From the NCBI GenBank assembly GCA_965242525.1, contig OZ251459.1, positions 2,720,001 to 2,784,000 on the forward strand: DNA of 64,000 bases, written 5' to 3'. The position numbers were made by a program, and so were the translations under genes. This DNA comes from an uncultured Candidatus Binatia bacterium (lineage in GTDB: Bacteria; Desulfobacterota; Binatia; UBA9968; JAJDTQ01). This document shows positions 57,479 through 64,000 of this stretch, one piece after another. The notes beneath the pieces are model-generated. The model was given only the letters and a program-made list of their open reading frames with translations, was not told where the DNA came from and did not search any database. Position 1 is the stretch's first letter. Every line of letters starts with the position of its first letter.

Positions 57479-58390
57479 ATGAGCGGGGTCGCACGCCAGA
57501 TCGAGGGGTTCGGGGACTACCTGCGCGACGGAGCGCGGTTCTCCCCCCACTCGGTCAAGGGCTACCTGACCGACCTGGAGGGGTTCCGCCAGCACCTGGA
57601 GCGGGACGGCCCCGAAGAGGACGGGGCCGCGGCCTTGCGAGCGGTGGACGCGCGTTGCATCCGGGGCTACCTGAAGACCCTCTACGAAAGCCGCAAGAAG
57701 AGCACCATCGGGCGCAAGCTGGCCGCCCTCAAGGGCTTCTTTCGCTACCTCCTGCGCGAGGGGGTCATCCACAGGGACCCGCTGGTGGGTTTCGCCACTC
57801 CCAAGCAGGAGGCCCCGCTGGTGAAGTTCCTGTCCGTGGACGAGGCTTTCCGGGTCCTGGGCTGCATGCCGGAAGAGGGGGTCCTCCCGGCCCGGGACCG
57901 CGCGGTCATGGAGGTGCTGTACTCGTCCGGCGTCCGGGTCAGCGAGCTCGTGGGCCTCGACTGGCGCGACGTGGACTTCCCGCTGGGCGTGGTCAAGGTC
58001 CTGGGCAAGGGGTCCAGGGAGCGCATCGTGCCCGTCGGCGAAGCGGCCCTGGCGGCCCTGCGGGACTACGCGGACCACCAGCGCACCCGGTGGCGCCGCA
58101 CGGCCCGGGGGGAAGAGCCGGTGTTCCTGAACCGTTCGGGCAACCGGATCACCACCCGGAGCGTGGCCCGCATCGTGGAGAAGTACCTGACCCTGGCCGG
58201 CGTCCCCGTGCGCATGGGACCCCACGGCCTGCGCCACACCTTCGCCACCCACCTGCTCAACGCCGGCGCAGACCTGCGCTCCATCCAGGAACTCTTGGGC
58301 CACGCGAGCCTCTCCACCACCCAGCGCTACACCCACGTCAACCTCGACCAGCTCACCGCGGTGTACGACCGCGCCCACCCCAGGGCGTGA
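57479..58390 (+). CDS. xerC: Tyrosine recombinase XerC
   Basis: RDRA..E.LYSSGVRVSEL, GKGSRER, HGLRHTFATHLL, QELLGHASLSTTQRYTHV, YDRAHPRA; sits before hslVU. Confidence 0.9.
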   Translation: MSGVARQIEGFGDYLRDGARFSPHSVKGYLTDLEGFRQHLERDGPEEDGAAALRAVDARCIRGYLKTLYESRKKSTIGRKLAALKGFFRYLLREGVIHRDPLVGFATPKQEAPLVKFLSVDEAFRVLGCMPEEGVLPARDRAVMEVLYSSGVRVSELVGLDWRDVDFPLGVVKVLGKGSRERIVPVGEAALAALRDYADHQRTRWRRTARGEEPVFLNRSGNRITTRSVARIVEKYLTLAGVPVRMGPHGLRHTFATHLLNAGADLRSIQELLGHASLSTTQRYTHVNLDQLTAVYDRAHPRA

Positions 58391-58595
58391 GGCCGTGAGA
58401 AGCCGCCGCAAGGCCGCGTAGTCTTCTTTCCCCGCCATCTTCGGCCTTTCACGCCGGCGCTTGGCTTTCCTTGCCGGGAAATATGGGCTATCCGTAGATT
58501 GATCTGTGCCGCCTGCCCTACGTAACCAAGCAGGTGCATGGAGTCGGGCGGGTTCCGCGAAATCGCGTGGGGTACACAGTCCTGACAGGCAACTC

Positions 58596-59480
58596 ATGGC
58601 AAGAGCAAAAGCGAAACTAGGCCCGGTGGTAGCGACACTCAACCTCAAGGGCGGAGTCGGCAAGACTACGGTGAGCGCTCACGTCTTTCGAGTCTTCTGG
58701 GAGAAATTCAGAATCGCTACCCTGCTCGTGGACTTTGATCCACAGTTCAATCTCACCCAGACTCTCTTCGACCAGCGACGCTATGAGCGAGAACTCAAAG
58801 CGAAGCGCACCGTCATGGCGGTAATGGAGGCGCCTCGGTCCACAAGCCTGTTCCAAGTCAACACTGCAAGCGCTCCGCCTCCGGACCCTATCGACGTCAG
58901 TACACGGTTCTGGTACATGACGAACAACCATGACATCGACCTCCGTGTGGTCCCGGGCGATTTCGAACTCGTGAAGTACAGCTTGATGGACGACAACAAG
59001 CAACTGACCAAGGTGCAGAACAGGTTTCTGAAATTCATCAAGAAATGTCGCCAGGGCGGGCGACTCACGGTCATCGACTGCAACCCGAGCAGTTCGTTCC
59101 TGACCATGTGTGCCCTTCAGGCGTGTACTCATTTGCTCGTGCCGGTAAGACCGGACCGTTATTCCATTCTTGGCCTGAATATACTGGAACAGTTCATCGC
59201 AAGGATTCTTTCCGTCGGATCCGTCCCGAAGAAAATGATACTGCTGAACGGCGTGCCTCGGCAGCGTTACGATCGCACCATAGAGAACGAGCTGCGCTCG
59301 CATCCCGAGTTGGGAGCGGCGACGCTCAAGTCTCGGCTTCATCAATCGAACCTATTGCTGGCCAAGCCTGGATTTACGGGTTTTGCCACCGACAAGCAAG
59401 TGCCTTACAAGTATCGCTTGAAGAACGAAATTTCGGCAGTCGCTACGGAATTGGCTGAATTGATGGGCGTTGCGTCATGA
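58596..59480 (+). CDS. ParA/Soj-family ATPase (cassette gene 1)
   Basis: Deviant Walker A NLKGGVGKTT, DFDPQFNLT, VIDCNP, LLVPVRPD; lower GC than the flanks. Confidence 0.85.
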   Translation: MARAKAKLGPVVATLNLKGGVGKTTVSAHVFRVFWEKFRIATLLVDFDPQFNLTQTLFDQRRYERELKAKRTVMAVMEAPRSTSLFQVNTASAPPPDPIDVSTRFWYMTNNHDIDLRVVPGDFELVKYSLMDDNKQLTKVQNRFLKFIKKCRQGGRLTVIDCNPSSSFLTMCALQACTHLLVPVRPDRYSILGLNILEQFIARILSVGSVPKKMILLNGVPRQRYDRTIENELRSHPELGAATLKSRLHQSNLLLAKPGFTGFATDKQVPYKYRLKNEISAVATELAELMGVAS

Positions 59481-59995
59481 AAAACAATACAAAGCGTTGG
59501 CTCTACCTCCTTGCCGGATCGGGCCTTTCCGCAAACGAGATCCGTGACCTTTGCAGTTGGCTTGCGACGGACGCAGCCGATGACATCGTAGTTTCGGTTC
59601 TCGAATTGCGTAAACGAGAGTTGCATATGGTAGCTCTAGGAGAACACGTTCCCGGCATGTCCGGTGAAGGCGCACGGCGAGCAGGCACGGGCAAGAGCGG
59701 CAACGACGTTGCGGACGAAATCGATCTGATCCTGAGAAAGGAAGCCAAGCTGTCGGCGCGAGCCGCCGCGGAACATCTTGCACACGAGCTGGAGAAGGAG
59801 CTTCGCACGTCATCCCCCGCGACCTCGGACATCCCGAATATACCTCTTTACTCGAAGGAAGCGTTCAAAACCTATCTGTCCAAGCTGCTTCGACTTACGT
59901 CGCCTCGGATGTTGCTGCATCTGGCCCACCGTATCCGCGATCATGTGGCTCCAAGACCAGCGATGGCATGGCCCCTGCATGTCAGGGACAAGTGA
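59477..59995 (+). CDS. Hypothetical alpha-helical protein (cassette gene 2)
   Basis: 172 aa; ATGA overlap with gene 1 and TGATG overlap with gene 3. Confidence 0.7.
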   Translation: MKNNTKRWLYLLAGSGLSANEIRDLCSWLATDAADDIVVSVLELRKRELHMVALGEHVPGMSGEGARRAGTGKSGNDVADEIDLILRKEAKLSARAAAEHLAHELEKELRTSSPATSDIPNIPLYSKEAFKTYLSKLLRLTSPRMLLHLAHRIRDHVAPRPAMAWPLHVRDK

Positions 59996-60708
59996 TGCCT
60001 GACGACTTCCAGCACCAAGTCGACGACCTTGCGGCGTCGGTAGCGGCCCACGTCAAGGCAAACCGCGATGAGTTCTGCCGGCGCGTTTCCGAGGAGGCGA
60101 ATTGTCTGCTCGCCTGGTTGGAGTACCTGCGGACGTCGGAGGCAACCGGCGTAGCCGATGCGCTGTTGCATGGAGTTCAAGGCGCCATCATCGAAGCGGC
60201 CGGTTGTCTCACGCTTGGTCTCGTCAGGCCGGCGCTGTCGTCTCTCAGGTTGCAAGTGGACATGACGCTAAGTTGGATCTACTTCAAGGACCACGAGGTG
60301 GAGTGGGACCATCTTCGGGATACCGGGAAAGGATTTCAATCGAAGAGCGGCGTGTGGAAGTACGTTTCAGAGCATCATCCGCGGTTCGAAACGAGATTCG
60401 GACTGCTGGAGCAGGTCAAGTCGCGCAGGGAAGCGGACCCTTACCGGCTTCTGTCGGCCCACATACACGGACAGACCGACTTTACCGCGCCGACGATTGG
60501 CCCGTTGAGCGGGCTCGTCGCGGAAAGACGCCTCTGTGACGAGTGTGTGGAACTCCAAGGGGAAGTCTCGGAATATCTGAGTGATTTCCTGCTGTCGGCA
60601 TACGGCGACAAATGGGCGTCTCTTCCTCCGTGTGCGCGGGACGAGCTTGAAAGCAGGCTTGGACTCGACCAAAGGGCTGCGTTCTTCGCGTCCTCGCATG
60701 GCAGGTAG
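59995..60708 (+). CDS. Putative HEPN-like all-helical protein (cassette gene 3)
   Basis: IIEAA...[10 protein letters not shown]...IYF and [10 protein letters not shown] (Rx4H / Y-xx-LS-xx-H), a pattern typical of HEPN-superfamily RNases. Confidence 0.6.
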   Translation: MPDDFQHQVDDLAASVAAHVKANRDEFCRRVSEEANCLLAWLEYLRTSEATGVADALLHGVQGAIIEAAGCLTLGLVRPALSSLRLQVDMTLSWIYFKDHEVEWDHLRDTGKGFQSKSGVWKYVSEHHPRFETRFGLLEQVKSRREADPYRLLSAHIHGQTDFTAPTIGPLSGLVAERRLCDECVELQGEVSEYLSDFLLSAYGDKWASLPPCARDELESRLGLDQRAAFFASSHGR

Positions 60709-60830
60709 TCAACCCGGGGCCTGCCAAGTCCGCGGTTTCGTGTTACAGTGGCGGATCGTCCCGGTTGGCCGCGGACGGTCCCCTGACGGGGAGCGGCAGT
60801 GGCGGGGGCCTTGGGAAGCGGGTTCGGACC

Positions 60831-61361
60831 ATGTTTCATGCAACCACCATCCTTGCGGTGCGGCACGGGGGCCGGGTCGTGGTCGCGGGGGACGGCCAGG
60901 TGAGCCTCGGCGACACCGCGCTGAAGCACACGGCCCACAAGGTGCGGAAGCTCTACGGCGACCGTGTGATCGCCGGGTTCGCAGGCGCCACCGCGGACGC
61001 GTTCACGCTGTTCGAGAAGTTCGAGGGCAAGCTCGAACAGCACGGCGGGGTCTTCAAGCGGGCCGCGGTGGAGTTGGCCAAGGATTGGCGCACGGACCGG
61101 GTGCTGCGGCGGTTGGAGGCCCTCATGATCGTGGCCGACGCGGAGAACTCGCTGGTGGTGTCGGGCAACGGCGACGTGGTGGAGCCGGACGACGGCGTCA
61201 TCGCCATCGGCTCGGGCGGCAACTATGCGCTTGCGGCGGCGCGGGCTTTGGTCCATCATAGCCCGCTCGACGCCCGGGCCATCGCCGAAGAGTCCATGAA
61301 GGTGGCCGCGGCCATCTGCGTCTATACGAACGACAACCTGACCATCGAGGAGTTGCCCTGA
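60831..61361 (+). CDS. hslV: ATP-dependent protease peptidase subunit HslV
   Basis: [38 protein letters not shown]. Confidence 0.97.
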   Translation: MFHATTILAVRHGGRVVVAGDGQVSLGDTALKHTAHKVRKLYGDRVIAGFAGATADAFTLFEKFEGKLEQHGGVFKRAAVELAKDWRTDRVLRRLEALMIVADAENSLVVSGNGDVVEPDDGVIAIGSGGNYALAAARALVHHSPLDARAIAEESMKVAAAICVYTNDNLTIEELP

Positions 61362-61403
61362 CCCCGGCGTCCGCGCGCGCCGCGGCGTCTCGAACCGGAG
61401 CCG

Positions 61404-62804
<1,401 letters not shown>

Positions 62805-62821
62805 GAACCCCCGCAGGAACC

Positions 62822-63703
62822 GTGGACGACTTCATCGGCAAGGCGGAAGTGCTGCTGGAGGCGCTCCCGTTCATCAAGCGCTTCTACGGCAAGACCTTCG
62901 TGGTCAAGTACGGCGGCGCGGCCATGGTGGACGAGGAGCTCAAGCAGAGCTTCGCCCAGGACGTGGTCCTGCTGAAGTACGTGGGCATCAACGTGGTGGT
63001 GGTGCACGGCGGCGGCCCCCAGATCGACCGGACGCTGGACCGGATGGGGATCCGGAGCCGTTACGTGCGGGGCATGCGGGTGACGGACCCGGAGACCATC
63101 GACGTCATCGAGATGGTCCTGGTGGGCAAGGTGAACAAGGAGATCGTCGGGCTCGTCAACCACCACGGCGGGGCCGCGGTGGGCCTCAGCGGCAAGGACG
63201 GCCAACTGGTCCTGGCCCGCAAGATGAACATGGCCGTGCCGGGCGACGGGGAGAGCACCGAGATCATCGACATCGGGATGGTGGGGGAGATCGTGCGGGT
63301 GGACCCCACGGTGATACGCTCCCTGGACGGCAACCGCTTCATCCCGGTCATCGCTCCGGTGGGCGTGGGCGAGAAGGGGGAGACCTACAACATCAACGCG
63401 GACCTGGTGGCCGGGCGCGTGGCGTCCGCCCTCGCCGCGGAGAAGCTCATCCTCCTCACCGACGTCGAAGGCGTCCGGGACCGGGAGGGGGGGTTGATGA
63501 GCACCCTCACCATGGCCCAGTGCACGGACCTCATCGAGAGGGGGGTGGTCTCGTCGGGCATGATCCCCAAGGTCGAGTGCTGCATGGACGCCCTGGACGG
63601 GGGGGTGGTCAAGACCCACATCATCGACGGGCGGGACCGCCACGCGGTGCTGCTGGAGATCTTCACCAACCGGGGCGTCGGCACCGAGGTGGTCCGGGGT
63701 TGA
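62822..63703 (+). CDS. argB: Acetylglutamate kinase
   Basis: [38 protein letters not shown]. Confidence 0.96.
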   Translation: MDDFIGKAEVLLEALPFIKRFYGKTFVVKYGGAAMVDEELKQSFAQDVVLLKYVGINVVVVHGGGPQIDRTLDRMGIRSRYVRGMRVTDPETIDVIEMVLVGKVNKEIVGLVNHHGGAAVGLSGKDGQLVLARKMNMAVPGDGESTEIIDIGMVGEIVRVDPTVIRSLDGNRFIPVIAPVGVGEKGETYNINADLVAGRVASALAAEKLILLTDVEGVRDREGGLMSTLTMAQCTDLIERGVVSSGMIPKVECCMDALDGGVVKTHIIDGRDRHAVLLEIFTNRGVGTEVVRG

Positions 63704-63716
63704 GGGGTCGCGCGCC

Positions 63717-64000
63717 ATGTCGAACCGCGAAGTACGACAGTTGACCGACGGGTACGTGATGCAGACGTACGCGCGCTTTCCCATCGCCCTGGTGAAGGGG
63801 AAGGGGGTCCGCGTATGGGACGCGGACGGGAAGGAGTACCTGGACTTCGCGGCGGGCATCGCGGTGAACAGCCTCGGCCACTGCCACCCGGCCGTGGCCC
63901 GGGCCGTGGCGGACCAGGTGGACACCCTGCTCCACGTCTCGAACCTCTACCATATCGAGCCCCAGGCGCGCCTCGCAAAGGCCCTGTGCGAGCATTCCTT
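63717..64000 (+). CDS. argD: Acetylornithine aminotransferase (5' part, truncated by the window end)
   Basis: MQTYARFP, GKGVRVWDADGKEYLDFAAGIAVNSLGHCHP, LLHVSNLY. Confidence 0.92.
   Translation, partial: MSNREVRQLTDGYVMQTYARFPIALVKGKGVRVWDADGKEYLDFAAGIAVNSLGHCHPAVARAVADQVDTLLHVSNLYHIEPQARLAKALCEHS

Noticed and set aside
57479-58390. Tyrosine recombinase as the integrase of the adjacent ParA cassette
   Set aside because: It has host-like GC, the XerC-type C-terminus (YDRAHPRA) and the usual position before hslVU; no att-like direct repeats were seen around 58400-60800.
58596-59995. Plasmid or chromosome partition locus (parAB)
   Set aside because: Gene 2 shows no ParB/CTPase (GxRR) or ribbon-helix-helix signature, and no parS repeats or rep gene are present; not fully excluded.

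Overview
A 64 kb window from a high-GC bacterial chromosome (roughly 68-70% by eye). Gene content (xerC-hslVU-argB-argD, hflKC, orphan TctC, bicupin, Mo-hydroxylase, hydantoinases) is consistent with a deltaproteobacterial/Binatia-like lineage, which is an inference. The backbone is metabolic and housekeeping: glnA, a CoA ligase plus 4-hydroxybenzoyl-CoA-reductase-like hcrCAB, treT, HU, CHAD, ppgK, a Kef antiporter, speA, ppk1, sigma54-driven amtB-glnK, pckG and hydantoinase A/B. Two visibly lower-GC accessory blocks stand out. (i) ~37.9-50.4 kb holds a surface lipoprotein behind a long structured 5' leader, a Druantia type III-like anti-phage pair (DruH-like + DruE-like helicase) and an SDH/ClpP-fold protease coupled to a small ORF. 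(ii) ~58.5-60.7 kb is a translationally coupled three-gene cassette (ParA-family ATPase, unknown helical protein, HEPN-like protein) wedged between xerC and hslV; it is the best candidate for an undescribed defence or toxin system. Also seen: a family of MITE-like elements (17-bp terminal inverted repeats carrying REP-like cargo), a 66-bp direct repeat bracketing an SGNH gene, and an IspH-fold protein lacking canonical catalytic residues. No rRNA, tRNA or CRISPR array was recognised. All family assignments are by motif recognition, not database search.
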